Position numbers and translations under genes: made by a program. DNA of 64,000 nucleotides from a virus. The stretch lies in the IMG/VR virus record IMGVR_UViG_3300009128_000002. One strand, written 5' to 3'. This document shows, piece after piece, positions 10,937 through 22,200 of this stretch (position 1 is the stretch's first letter; each line of letters begins with the position of its first letter). The notes below the pieces were generated by a model. It did no database searches. It saw nothing but the letters and a program-made list of their open reading frames with translations, and was not told the DNA's origin.

Positions 10937-10945
10937 AGGGTTATT

Positions 10946-11149
10946 ATGGCTACTACTGAAACTGGTTTTACACAAATTCCATATGTTAGAAAAGATGACA
11001 CGTTTAAAGAGTGGAGAGAGCGTACTAACCTTATGATTCAGCAACAAAATAACTTCGTTAAGATGCAAGAATTTGATATGCTTGGTGTTAATGACACGTG
11101 GGTTAGAACTTCAATGCAACTGAATTATTCTGGTGAAACAGAAGAATAA
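10946..11149 (+). CDS. Small protein with a fibre N-terminal-type motif (DDTFKEWRERTN)
   Basis: RBS GAGG; DTFxxWRxxTN motif resembles the N-termini of T4-like fibre proteins. Confidence 0.55.
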   Translation: MATTETGFTQIPYVRKDDTFKEWRERTNLMIQQQNNFVKMQEFDMLGVNDTWVRTSMQLNYSGETEE

Positions 11150-11176
11150 TAATTAATATTTAAGGAAAGAACACCA

Positions 11177-14100
11177 ATGGCACATTACACTGGACATACG
11201 TTCACACTGACTGAACTTAATACTATTGAGCAACAAAAATCTGATTTTTTAGATTCTTTGAATATTAAATTATCTTCACCTGACCTTTTGGTTAAGGATT
11301 TAGCACTTATGTTAAAATCTTTAGAGGTGATGGAAAATTTAGAGCACCTTCAAGAATATAAAGATTTCATTATTAATGTTGCACAAAAATCTGCTGAGTT
11401 TGTTAACCCAATTGAATTAATCACTAACGGTGGTTTTGATGTTACATATAACACAACCAACCTAGTTCAAAACTCTTCTTTTGACAATGACGCATTTGAA
11501 GTTGAATTAGTTAAGAACTCTGGTTTTGATGTTCCTGTAGACCTTGCACGTCCTTGGGCGAATGGTATTGCATACTTATTTGATATTTTTACTACTGAAG
11601 GAACTGAAGTTATTCGTGCATATACTGATGGTCAACAGACTGCAGTTGCATGGTTTGAAACTGTTCTTAAACCAAACACTCAATATAAATTCTCATACGA
11701 CCTAACAATTAATAATGTAAATTGGGATTTACCTAACGGTGGTTTCAATATGGTTGATATTCCATCTACAGATAAAATGGTGTTTTCTGAGGCAGGTGGT
11801 GGTCCAGACCCACAACAAATTGTTATTTCAATTATTGAAGACGAGAATTTAGTTCTTCCGACTTGTAATGGTGAAGTGGTAGAATGGGATAACACTGTTG
11901 ACTACAACCTTGCACTTGGTGAAATGGAAAATGCCTGTAAAGCAAACGATGCCGTATGGAACTACGACCCTGTCTCATCTTCATTCTATTGTGATGATGA
12001 TGGTGATGGTTACCCAGGCAATGGTGCAGTTGATCAGGCGGCTTGTTATGCAAATAACGCCGTTTGGGATGAGGGCGAATTAACTAACCCTAATACACAA
12101 CAACACGACATTGTTCCTTATCACGTAGAAGCACGTGAAGGTGATACACTTATCTTTACTAACCCAGTTGGTAACTATTTGGTACACAACGCAGTATCTG
12201 ATGATAACATTTCATTCACTTCACCAGATTTAAACCCAGGCGAAACATGGAATTGGGTTGTTGATGGATACCACGACATTTATTACCATTGTACTTTCCA
12301 CCCTCTTGAAGAAGGTAGAATGACCACAAAAACTAATCATAGATATGTTTACTCTATTGACCACGGATTGAATCCAGGCGATACTGTTAAAATGGCAATT
12401 AACTATGGTTCTATGGTTTCGTTACCATCATTATCTAACTCATACTTTATTAACTTATTATTACCTAATACACTTTCAACTACTGGTGGTGCGCCATATA
12501 CTGCTGTTGAATCATTATACCACGATTTATCTATTGGTAATGTTATTAGTATGCAATCGGGCGATGTAGAAACTAATCCAGAAGCAGGTGTACCAATGAT
12601 TGTTACTTTTGCCGGAGGTGTTGACGCAGAAACCATTTCTGCAACTGCTTCAGCAAATGTTACTGCTGGTGTAGTAAGTGGTTTAGAATTAACTGCAAAC
12701 GGTCAGAATTATACATCTAAACCACTACTTTATATCACTGGTGGTGGTGGTTCTGGTGCTACTGGTACATTAGAATTTGATGGTGGATTGTCGGGTATTG
12801 AATTAAGCGAAGTGGGGGCCGGTTATCAATCAACACCAACAATTCAAATTTCTGCACCAGATGTTGGTCAATTAGGTCCAGATTCTTCATGTACAGATCC
12901 TACATACACAGATCAAACTTCTTGTGAAACTGCATTAGAAACTTGGTATGAAGTTATTAATACTATTCAAGCAGAAGCAAGTTGCACAATTACACCTACA
13001 GGTGAAATTGATACAATTACAGTTACAAATATGGGTTCGGGTTATCACACACCACCAACTATTACTTTCATAGGTGGTTCACCAACAGTAGCCGGCGCTG
13101 CTAATGCTATCATAGATGGTTCTGTATATTCAGTTACATTAACTTCGGGTGGTTCTGGTTACGGTTCTGGTGATGGTTCTGTTGGTGTTGGTGAACGTCG
13201 TTGGGAAGATTATATTATTACTGCTGTTGCAAAAGGTAATGAAAGAGTAGATGTATTCTTTGATGATGTAAATCAAATTGGTCATACTCATACTGCCGAA
13301 ATCACACCTGCAGAATATGTTCAAATTCAAGCAAGTACAGCAACTATGATTGTTACTTCTGAAGATGCAGGTCATACTCATACTGCAACTTTTGATTGGG
13401 ACGCAAGTGCAAATAATGGTGGCGGTGCAATGTTCCTTGTTGGTATGACAGGTTCACATACACACGGTATGGAAAATTATTACGATATTACTGGTGGTAC
13501 TAAAGTAGAATTAGTAAACTTTGGTCACTATCATGAAATATTAATTACTGAAGCCGATGAAGCCACACTAAAAGCCGCTCCTTTACAAAATGTAACACAA
13601 GATATTGATGGTACTTGGAGTGCAACTTCTGGTAATACCATTATTAGAACTTCAGACTTTGGTACTTCAGATCCACAACATTTCCATACAGTAGAATTTG
13701 GTTGTTTAGACCCTGCTACTGATACATATTTAATTATTGAAGTTGACCAACATATCCACGATATGGGTAGAGTTTGGTATCCAGGCAGTAACCAATTCAC
13801 TGTTGGTAAATATGACTTCGCATTGGGTGGTGATGATTTAAACCCATCTGCTATTGCAACACCATTTACTGATATTAATGGTTATGTTAAGAAAGAAAAG
13901 GGTATTGAGTCAGACGCTCATGGATTAATTCCTGGCGATAGAGTACACTTTGAAAACGTATATAACGGAATCCACCACGGTAACACAAACTACTGGGTTG
14001 ATTATGTAATCGATGCAGACCACTTCGCATTAACTGAAGTAGTTATTTACCCACTAGAAAATTCTGCCGGTACTACCCCAACAATCCATAATGTTATTGA

Positions 14101-17100
14101 AGAGTATGAAGTGGTTGCCGATTTGGCATCTTACAGATTCCAAGTTGACCGTGATATTACTAATCATATTGGTTCGCCTTATGTTGAAGGTATAGAAATT
14201 CTTTGGAGTCGTCCTAATACAGTTAAATCAAACAATCATGGTTTATCTGTTGGTGATATTGTACAGTTGCCTTCTGGTGAACAACCATATACACCATCTG
14301 AATTGCCTGGTGCTATGAACGACCATACGGTTGTTGCTTTAGGTGATGGTTATGGTCCGACAGATAATATGGAAATTACAGTAGATACTAACACTACTGT
14401 AACTTGGAACGACCCTACACTTACAACAGTTGAAGGTGCTCAAGACTCGCCTTGGTTATGGTCTTGGTGGGATCATACTGCAGATTCTTACTTCCCTTAT
14501 CAAAGAGCAGGTGCCACTTATGACAACTTCGGTGGTAATGATGGTATTAACGGTGGTTTTGAATTATTCCGTGGTGGTACATATAAGTTTACTAATAATG
14601 CTTGGAATCCATCTGGTCATATTACATTAAACGACCCAGTAACTGGTAACCCAACACCTATGTATATGCACGCCGCTGGTGTTAAAGCAATGCTTGGTGC
14701 TGGGTGGGATAACCTTGTTCAAGCAGGTATGGTACAAAACGATGGAAACAATTGTGTTTCTATGAGAGCAAATCACGGTCTAACAATTACTGCTGGTGAC
14801 CATAATGACTTCGTTAATACTGAAGAAGAGCCAGGAACGTGGGTAGGTTCAGAACCATTCCCTGTTTGTATGGGACTAGGTGGTTGGTGTGAAGAATTAG
14901 ACGTTGATGGTTGGTATTATAATGGTGAAGACGTTAAATCTAACTGTGAAGCACTTAACCCTACTAATGACCCAGGCTTAGCACAATGGAGAGAATCACA
15001 ATTTATTGGTAACTTCTCAAAAGAATTTACTTGGACTATTCCTGAAGATTTCGGTTTGACAGGTTCAGATGGTGCAACTGGATTAGGTCCTTTTGTACCA
15101 CCTGGCGAGGTTAATGGTGCTTACCATATGACACATGATGGTGGTTTATACCGTTTTGATAAATCTGGTATGATTGAAGGTACTAACAGAACGATTAATT
15201 TATATCGTGGTGGTACATACACGTTTAAGATTAACTCTGCTGGACACCCACTTTACGTTACAACAGATGACGGTTCGCATTTCACGCCAGGTGCATACTT
15301 TGGTGAATACTTATTAGGTGTTCAAAACTCACGTGCAGAAGAAGGTGCTGGTGTTCAGACTGAAGGAACTGATATGTGGGGTAATGACGATTCTGGTGTT
15401 CCAAAATACGAAGAGTTAGTATGGACTGTTCCAGAAGTTGCGCCAGATACTATGTACTATCAGTGTGCATGGCACGCTTCAATGATGGGACAATTCAATA
15501 TCCTTGATATGCCTGTTATTAACGCTGGTGATGATATTGTTGTTTACTTCCATCACGGTCAAGACAATATGTACACTCCATTACATATTAAGGATAAGAT
15601 TGTTGTTGATAATGGTACATCTACAGATTACTTCCAAGTACAACCTGCCCCAGAAAATGCGTTCCCAGTAAAAGGAACTCAAGCAGATATTTTAGGTACT
15701 AATAATGCACTTACTGCTACTGGTCCTGGCGCTGTACCAGAAATACAGGCAATGAATATTGAATTAGGTACTGTATCTTATATCGACCCTCTTGCGATGG
15801 TGCCAGGTATTGGTTCTGAGCAATTCCTTGTTACTAATGATATTGGTGGACTTGCTAAAGTTTACTTCAGTGTAGATATTGATCAACGTTCTGATATTAT
15901 TTTAGACAATGTAACATTTAAAGAAGTTGTATGGACTGAAACAGGTTCTTGGCAGATTCAAGGTGGTTCTGCATTTACTAATACTACAGATGCCGCTTAT
16001 ATTGAGCAGATTGTGACTGGTTCTATTTCCGAAGGTGTTACATACGAAGTTAAATACGATATTATTGAATCATTTAAAGACCAATATGGTGCTGAAATTG
16101 GTTCTATTACTGCAGAATTGCGTGGTGACACGATAGTTCAAGGTATTTCTAACACTTTAGTTGGTCATTATTCTGAAACTCTAGTTGCTCCTGCAAATAC
16201 TACTATTCTTAGATTAGTTAATAGTGGTAAAGGTAAGATTGATAACATTTCTATTAAAGAACGTGTTACTGGTCAGAATGCTTGGTCTATGGGTGAAGGT
16301 TGGACATCTGATGGTGCAAAAGCATATTTAGATGGTTCTATTGCTTCTTCTACTGAAGTTTCTCAAACAGTTTCTATTGATACTGGTAAACTATACGAAG
16401 TTAAATACTCACTTGCAGATGTAGATAACGATAATAATGGTATGACTGGACGTATGAGAGTAACATTGGGTACTAACCCAAATCAGTTAATTTCTAATTG
16501 GAACTTCGATATTACAGATACTGATTTAGTTAATTGGACTAATTCAAGTGATACTGTTCAAATTATCGATGGACAACTGATATTTAACTCTGCTTCTAAT
16601 GATACTTCTACTTACACACTATCTAACGCATTAGTTGGTGGTGTTAAATATGAATTAACTATTGATTGTGATTTAATTGAAGATAATATCCTTAACTTCC
16701 AAGTTGGACCTGGCCCTACTGGTACACATCCACACACTTTCCAAATGACTGAGTCGCAGGGTCAATGGTTACAAGAAAGCACAAATAACAGTTTAACATT
16801 CGAGCAAACCGATGGTTATCATGCAGAAACATATACACACGAATTTACAATTAAGTGGTTAAATGTTGGTGGTATTAATCAATATACGATAACAGAACAA
16901 TCAAATCCTGAAGGACACGATGAATTAACGTTGGTTTCTACTACTATTAATACACCTAGTATTGATTTTGTAATCAACGGAAACACAATGGGTACTATTA
17001 ATAAGTCTGGTATTCGCCATATTAACTTTATTGGTGAAATTACTACAGATTTAGTATTAAATATGAACGATTCTGGTGCTATTAATAGTGTTAAATTGGT

Positions 17101-19141
17101 TGAGGAAGATATTCCTGTTATTGATTACGATACTACTGGTTTAAACCAAGAGGGTGAGAAAGTATATCACGTTCGTGCTGGTTCATATGATCAAAAGATT
17201 CACTTTATCGGTGATGTTGATAATAACAACCCAGAGGAAAATAACCCATACTATTCTAATGTTGGTTTTGAAGGTTCTATTGATAATGTTTCAGTACGTG
17301 AAATTATTGAAAATTGGACGTTTGCTTCACAACAAGATGGTGTTGCATATGTTGATCAAAATACTAAACAAATTTATACTTCTGGTACTGGTCCAAACAA
17401 CCGTGGTATTGCACATATCAATTTCGAAATTGAAGCCAATATGAGTTACAAGGTTGCAGTTAAAGTTGACAGACCTACAGATTCTATTCTTAAACTAGGT
17501 CCAACTCCAGATAGTTCGGAGTATGGTTCTTTAGTTATAGAAGATACTGACACTAATGGACTATTCGACGAAGCACGTGACTTTGTATTCAAATCACCTG
17601 TTGCTGGTACTTGTTACTTGACACTTTCTACTACTGGAAATGGTTACACATATTGGGACGATGTTTCAGTTAAGACAATTCCTAACCTTTCATCTGACGA
17701 GTATTTATTACTTGCTCGTTCTATGAATGTTATGGGTGTTCCAATTGGTGGTGAAGAAAGATGGAATTCTAATCATTTAGATATGGAAAACGCAGACTAC
17801 ACTGGACAACCTATTTGTGGTCATAGAACTATGGAATCATTCGGTGAGTCTGTAATTGAAGATTACTACGACGTTAATAGACGTGGTAACGAAATTATGA
17901 ACCCACCTATTTCATTATCTACATTTGATGTTACTACTGGTCACAGAAGTGTTGCTTCTATTGTTCCTTCTTGTACTACTAATTTTGGTACTGAAGAATA
18001 TACAATTAAAGCCGCTTGTGAACAGATTGTTGGTGTTTGGTATCCTACAGACCCTGCTCATTGTAGTAATATAGATTACACAACTCAAATAGATTGTGAA
18101 ACTGTATTTGGTTGGTGGACTGTTGCAACGCCAGGTTCGTGTTCTGACTCGTTATATACATCTGAATATAGTTGTAATGGTGCTGGTACTTGTTCTGACC
18201 CTTCGTACTCGTTTGAATATACTTGTACTGCCTCTGGTACTTGTTCTGACCCAGTATATAATGATAACCAATTAGGTTGTATTGATTCTGGTGGTTCTTG
18301 TTCTGATGGAACTTCTACTACTTCTGGTGAGTGTTACGAGACGAACGGTACTTGTTCCGATGGTGTTAGTACAACTAATACTGAATGTGGAACTGCTGGT
18401 GGTACTTGGACACCAACTAACGTTTGGACTGCTCTAAATACTTGGACTAATGCTGGTAATACTTGGACGTCTGCAGGTAATACGTGGACGCCTGGTGACC
18501 CAGGCTATTGTTCTGATGGTATTCAAACATCTCAAGCAGTTTGTGAAGGACCTAGAGGAACTTGGATTGAAGAAGACTTCGAGCATTGTACTACTGATAT
18601 ACCATTCTTAACGGTTAACAATCAAACAGATTGTGAAGCACCTCGTGGTACATGGGATGTGACTGTTGTTGATGAAATGGGTGGTCAATGGGTAGAGATT
18701 GTTGGTGATGGTATTGATATGGATTACACAGTAATTTTAGGTGGTGTTGAACAAACTAACGTTCAGAACATCAACTTACCATATAAGATTAAGTTTGAGG
18801 TTGCTCCAACTACACCACTTGGTGAACAAGTATTAACTGTTACTAACTCTGACGGTGATACTGCTTCATTTACTGATGCACCATTTACAGTTACTGATCA
18901 ATTGCGTATTATTACGGTAGTTGATATTAATACTATTACTGGTGCTGGTTTTGTTGCAGATACGGTAGTTGAGTTTATTTCATCAGGTACTACTACGGTT
19001 GCTGATACACCTGCCGTTACGGTAGTTGATGCAAATAACATTACAGTTTCACCTACACTTAGTGCAGGAACTTACGATGTTAGAGTAACAAACTTAGACG
19101 GTCAAACGTTTACTGAAGTAACTGCATTAACAATTGTATAA
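11177..19141 (+). CDS. Giant mosaic tail fibre/virion protein (2654 aa): carbohydrate-binding-like repeats, cupredoxin-like domains, HxH modules, Cys/Trp repeats, C-terminal IPT/TIG-like domains
   Basis: LITNGGFD/LVQNSSFD/LVKNSGFD repeats; YYHCTFHP and YYQCAWHASM motifs; GxGY..P spacers; CSD..C...W repeats; YDVRVTNLDGQ Ig-like ends. Confidence 0.7.
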   Translation: MAHYTGHTFTLTELNTIEQQKSDFLDSLNIKLSSPDLLVKDLALMLKSLEVMENLEHLQEYKDFIINVAQKSAEFVNPIELITNGGFDVTYNTTNLVQNSSFDNDAFEVELVKNSGFDVPVDLARPWANGIAYLFDIFTTEGTEVIRAYTDGQQTAVAWFETVLKPNTQYKFSYDLTINNVNWDLPNGGFNMVDIPSTDKMVFSEAGGGPDPQQIVISIIEDENLVLPTCNGEVVEWDNTVDYNLALGEMENACKANDAVWNYDPVSSSFYCDDDGDGYPGNGAVDQAACYANNAVWDEGELTNPNTQQHDIVPYHVEAREGDTLIFTNPVGNYLVHNAVSDDNISFTSPDLNPGETWNWVVDGYHDIYYHCTFHPLEEGRMTTKTNHRYVYSIDHGLNPGDTVKMAINYGSMVSLPSLSNSYFINLLLPNTLSTTGGAPYTAVESLYHDLSIGNVISMQSGDVETNPEAGVPMIVTFAGGVDAETISATASANVTAGVVSGLELTANGQNYTSKPLLYITGGGGSGATGTLEFDGGLSGIELSEVGAGYQSTPTIQISAPDVGQLGPDSSCTDPTYTDQTSCETALETWYEVINTIQAEASCTITPTGEIDTITVTNMGSGYHTPPTITFIGGSPTVAGAANAIIDGSVYSVTLTSGGSGYGSGDGSVGVGERRWEDYIITAVAKGNERVDVFFDDVNQIGHTHTAEITPAEYVQIQASTATMIVTSEDAGHTHTATFDWDASANNGGGAMFLVGMTGSHTHGMENYYDITGGTKVELVNFGHYHEILITEADEATLKAAPLQNVTQDIDGTWSATSGNTIIRTSDFGTSDPQHFHTVEFGCLDPATDTYLIIEVDQHIHDMGRVWYPGSNQFTVGKYDFALGGDDLNPSAIATPFTDINGYVKKEKGIESDAHGLIPGDRVHFENVYNGIHHGNTNYWVDYVIDADHFALTEVVIYPLENSAGTTPTIHNVIEEYEVVADLASYRFQVDRDITNHIGSPYVEGIEILWSRPNTVKSNNHGLSVGDIVQLPSGEQPYTPSELPGAMNDHTVVALGDGYGPTDNMEITVDTNTTVTWNDPTLTTVEGAQDSPWLWSWWDHTADSYFPYQRAGATYDNFGGNDGINGGFELFRGGTYKFTNNAWNPSGHITLNDPVTGNPTPMYMHAAGVKAMLGAGWDNLVQAGMVQNDGNNCVSMRANHGLTITAGDHNDFVNTEEEPGTWVGSEPFPVCMGLGGWCEELDVDGWYYNGEDVKSNCEALNPTNDPGLAQWRESQFIGNFSKEFTWTIPEDFGLTGSDGATGLGPFVPPGEVNGAYHMTHDGGLYRFDKSGMIEGTNRTINLYRGGTYTFKINSAGHPLYVTTDDGSHFTPGAYFGEYLLGVQNSRAEEGAGVQTEGTDMWGNDDSGVPKYEELVWTVPEVAPDTMYYQCAWHASMMGQFNILDMPVINAGDDIVVYFHHGQDNMYTPLHIKDKIVVDNGTSTDYFQVQPAPENAFPVKGTQADILGTNNALTATGPGAVPEIQAMNIELGTVSYIDPLAMVPGIGSEQFLVTNDIGGLAKVYFSVDIDQRSDIILDNVTFKEVVWTETGSWQIQGGSAFTNTTDAAYIEQIVTGSISEGVTYEVKYDIIESFKDQYGAEIGSITAELRGDTIVQGISNTLVGHYSETLVAPANTTILRLVNSGKGKIDNISIKERVTGQNAWSMGEGWTSDGAKAYLDGSIASSTEVSQTVSIDTGKLYEVKYSLADVDNDNNGMTGRMRVTLGTNPNQLISNWNFDITDTDLVNWTNSSDTVQIIDGQLIFNSASNDTSTYTLSNALVGGVKYELTIDCDLIEDNILNFQVGPGPTGTHPHTFQMTESQGQWLQESTNNSLTFEQTDGYHAETYTHEFTIKWLNVGGINQYTITEQSNPEGHDELTLVSTTINTPSIDFVINGNTMGTINKSGIRHINFIGEITTDLVLNMNDSGAINSVKLVEEDIPVIDYDTTGLNQEGEKVYHVRAGSYDQKIHFIGDVDNNNPEENNPYYSNVGFEGSIDNVSVREIIENWTFASQQDGVAYVDQNTKQIYTSGTGPNNRGIAHINFEIEANMSYKVAVKVDRPTDSILKLGPTPDSSEYGSLVIEDTDTNGLFDEARDFVFKSPVAGTCYLTLSTTGNGYTYWDDVSVKTIPNLSSDEYLLLARSMNVMGVPIGGEERWNSNHLDMENADYTGQPICGHRTMESFGESVIEDYYDVNRRGNEIMNPPISLSTFDVTTGHRSVASIVPSCTTNFGTEEYTIKAACEQIVGVWYPTDPAHCSNIDYTTQIDCETVFGWWTVATPGSCSDSLYTSEYSCNGAGTCSDPSYSFEYTCTASGTCSDPVYNDNQLGCIDSGGSCSDGTSTTSGECYETNGTCSDGVSTTNTECGTAGGTWTPTNVWTALNTWTNAGNTWTSAGNTWTPGDPGYCSDGIQTSQAVCEGPRGTWIEEDFEHCTTDIPFLTVNNQTDCEAPRGTWDVTVVDEMGGQWVEIVGDGIDMDYTVILGGVEQTNVQNINLPYKIKFEVAPTTPLGEQVLTVTNSDGDTASFTDAPFTVTDQLRIITVVDINTITGAGFVADTVVEFISSGTTTVADTPAVTVVDANNITVSPTLSAGTYDVRVTNLDGQTFTEVTALTIV

Positions 19142-19147
19142 AATAAT

Positions 19148-19169
19148 TGAGGGTGAGCAATCACCCTCA
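19148..19169 (+). terminator. Perfect 9-bp hairpin with GCAA tetraloop after the giant fibre gene
   Basis: tgagggtga-gcaa-tcaccctca; no clear U-tract, so it may be a stability or processing hairpin instead. Confidence 0.5.
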
Positions 19170-19196
19170 TAAAGAATTAGAAAATAGAATAACTAT

Positions 19197-19222
19197 TATA
19201 AATAGTTGTATTATTATAAATA
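19197..19222 (+). promoter_or_regulatory. Two T4-type late promoters
   Basis: TATAAATA at 19197-19204 and 19215-19222. Confidence 0.8.
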
Positions 19223-19260
19223 TTATTAAATAAGAATTAATTTATTGGAGATAACGAACA

Positions 19261-22200
19261 ATGTCTGTAACACTATCAACCATATCAACGCAAGTTGACC
19301 AATTTAACGATATTCCAGATATCACCTTTACTGGTATTGATATTACAGAGTTCGTTGAAGAAGTAGAAATTTATACTAACACCCCTGCAGTGATGATTCC
19401 AACTAAGTTGAACGCTATGGCGGGCAACATGAAGGCTTGGTTAAATTCAAATGTAACTACCCCATTAGAAAACCAACAAAATACGTTTAAAGATGAAGTT
19501 GTCGTAAGAACAAATACTGCTATGAATGCTGTAGAAACTTACATGAACGATGAAGTTGCTGGTTTTATTAATACTGTATTTGTTCCTTGGGCAAACGATG
19601 CCGGTACTACATTATCAACTGCTTCTAACTTATTAGAAACAAATGTAACTACTCAAATGACGCAGTTACAATCAGACTATACTATCCACGTACAGAATCA
19701 AGATGCAATTATCCAACAGGCAATTGATGATATGATTCTTCAACTTTCACAGTACACTTCTGGTGCTGCCGATTCAGGTTACTCTATCCATCAAACGAAT
19801 TTATTGATGTCAGATCTAACAATGACACGTGAGATTGGGTTTGCAGACTACAAATATACTAAAGATGGTCAAATCGCATTTGCAGAAGAAGGTGCTAATA
19901 AAACCCATCACATTGCTTACGATAAGTCAGGTAATATTATATCTTTTGGTGAGTCTATGCAAATTGACGGTGAACCACGTCCATTTGTTCAGCATCTTAA
20001 ATTGGATAAAGAATTAGGAACTGGTTCTACTTCAGTTGAAAAGGTTAAGGCATATAGTATATTTAAATCAGTTTCAGAGACTGGTATTGAATCTTTTAGA
20101 GCTACTGCTCATGAGACAGACGGTGCGCCAGGTGTTGATCTAACTATTTTGAATAATACATCAATTGCAGATACAGATAACCCAGAATTAATTATTCGTC
20201 GTGGTAACTCTAATGCATTATTATTTGATGGTATTGACGCTGGTGATATGGTTAAAGTTTCTAACCTAGATGGTACTATTTACAACGATGGTATTTCTGG
20301 TCAATATGCAGAGGATTATGAAACAGTTATGTTTACACCACATTCTTCTTACTGTCATGATGGTCTTTCTTCTGTGACAGGTTGGGGTGTTGTTGTATCA
20401 GACGGTGCATCTGGTATCGATTCAGACGGTAGTGATTTTGATGATCCAACCAAATGTGAGAACTATTCAAATGCATCTGTATCATTATTAGACGACTTCA
20501 GTAGAACTTACGAGTATGATATTGTTGGCGAGTCTTATGATACAGACCTTTCTGATGGTCTTACATATAAAGTTTCTATTACAGATGATTCTGGTGTTGT
20601 TGATACTTACGGTTATACTATTGACGCAAATAAAACATTAGGTACTGGTGCAATTTTAAATGCAGTTTATGACGATGGTGTTTCTGATGTAAATATTACT
20701 AATGGTGGTTCTAAATATTCAGAAAACACATTCGCTAGAGCATTTGATTTGGGTGCTGTTGACGTTACAGGTTCTACAGAAACTAAAGCAGAAGCGACAT
20801 TCACGTTAAGAAATGGAATGGTTGATTCTATTAAGGTAGTTGGTGGTGGTGCTGGGTATCAGGGTTTCTGGAACGTTGTTGTACCAGACGGTGGTAACGG
20901 ACACACACATAACTTACAACTTTCACAAGCAGAAATTAATACTATTAAGTCTGGTACTACAGTAGTTTCTACTACAGTAGAGGGTGGTCATTCACACGAT
21001 ATTACAATTTCATGGAATTCATTTACTGAGAATTTTGTATTTGATTCACAAGTTGGTGCCCATGATCACGGTAGTGTTGCAGATTCATATCAAATTAACC
21101 CTTCTATTACAGTTGATTTCAGTGCTGGTCTTGGTGGTAACGCAGTTGCTCATGTATTACTTACAGAAACTAATGAATTAGATAAAGTTGTTGTTACAAA
21201 CGGTGGTTCTGGTTATTTAGTAACAGATATAGTTTCTATTACTGGTGGTAACGAAACTACTTCTGGTGCAATTCAAGTATCATATGCAGACGGTGGTATT
21301 GATTCTATTTCATTAACTAATCAAGGTACTGGTTATACAGATACAACACCTAAGACAGTTTCAGTTGCTATTCAAAATAATGCATTTCAACCTTCAATTA
21401 TTTCTGCTAACGTTGGTGATACTGTTGAATTTACTAACTTAGATATAGGTGCTCATACAGTTACTAATGAAGATGGTGCATTTGATTCTGGTGATATTCC
21501 ACAGAATGCTGTGTTTAGTTACACTATTGTAGATGACACAGAATTAACAAAAGAATATAAAATTACAGATACACAGACTGGTGGTGGTGCAACTCTATGG
21601 GTTCGTGAAAATACAGTATTTGTAGATATGGTAACTTCTACTGGTGGTGGTATGCGTGGTATTGCTACGGTAAATGCTTCTGGTAATATTATTGACATCG
21701 CAGTTGACCGTCCAGGCAAAGGGTATGTTGCCACTGACACAGTTAAACCAATCGACGTTTCTGGTCCTGGCGAGGGTGCATATGCAGATGTAGTAACAAA
21801 CCGTTCTATTGATACAATTACAGTTGACAGTATTGGTTCTGGCTATTCATTAGATACAGAAATTATTATTTTCGACCCAACTGGAACACCAATTTACGAT
21901 GATTTGGGTGTTGAGATTGATCGTGTATATGGTTCTGGTGCGAGTGCAACAGCAACTATTTCTTTAGTTACAATTCCTGCCTTCTGTTCTGATGCATTGG
22001 TTACTGACGAACCTACTTGTACAACGACTGGTAATACTTGGACTGCTGAAGTACCACAAGGTGCTATTACAGAAGTTTCTGTAAACCGTGCAGGTAGTGA
22101 CTATGTAGATATAGAACTTATTATCAATGACCCTCAAGGAACTGGTTCTGGTGCTATATTAAGTACAGGAATCAACAATGTGGTTAGTGATATTAACTTT

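Noticed and set aside
18120-18520. CRISPR-like array from recurring ggtacttgttctgac / acttggac
   Set aside because: In-frame coding repeats of the Cys/Trp module with irregular spacing; no cas genes
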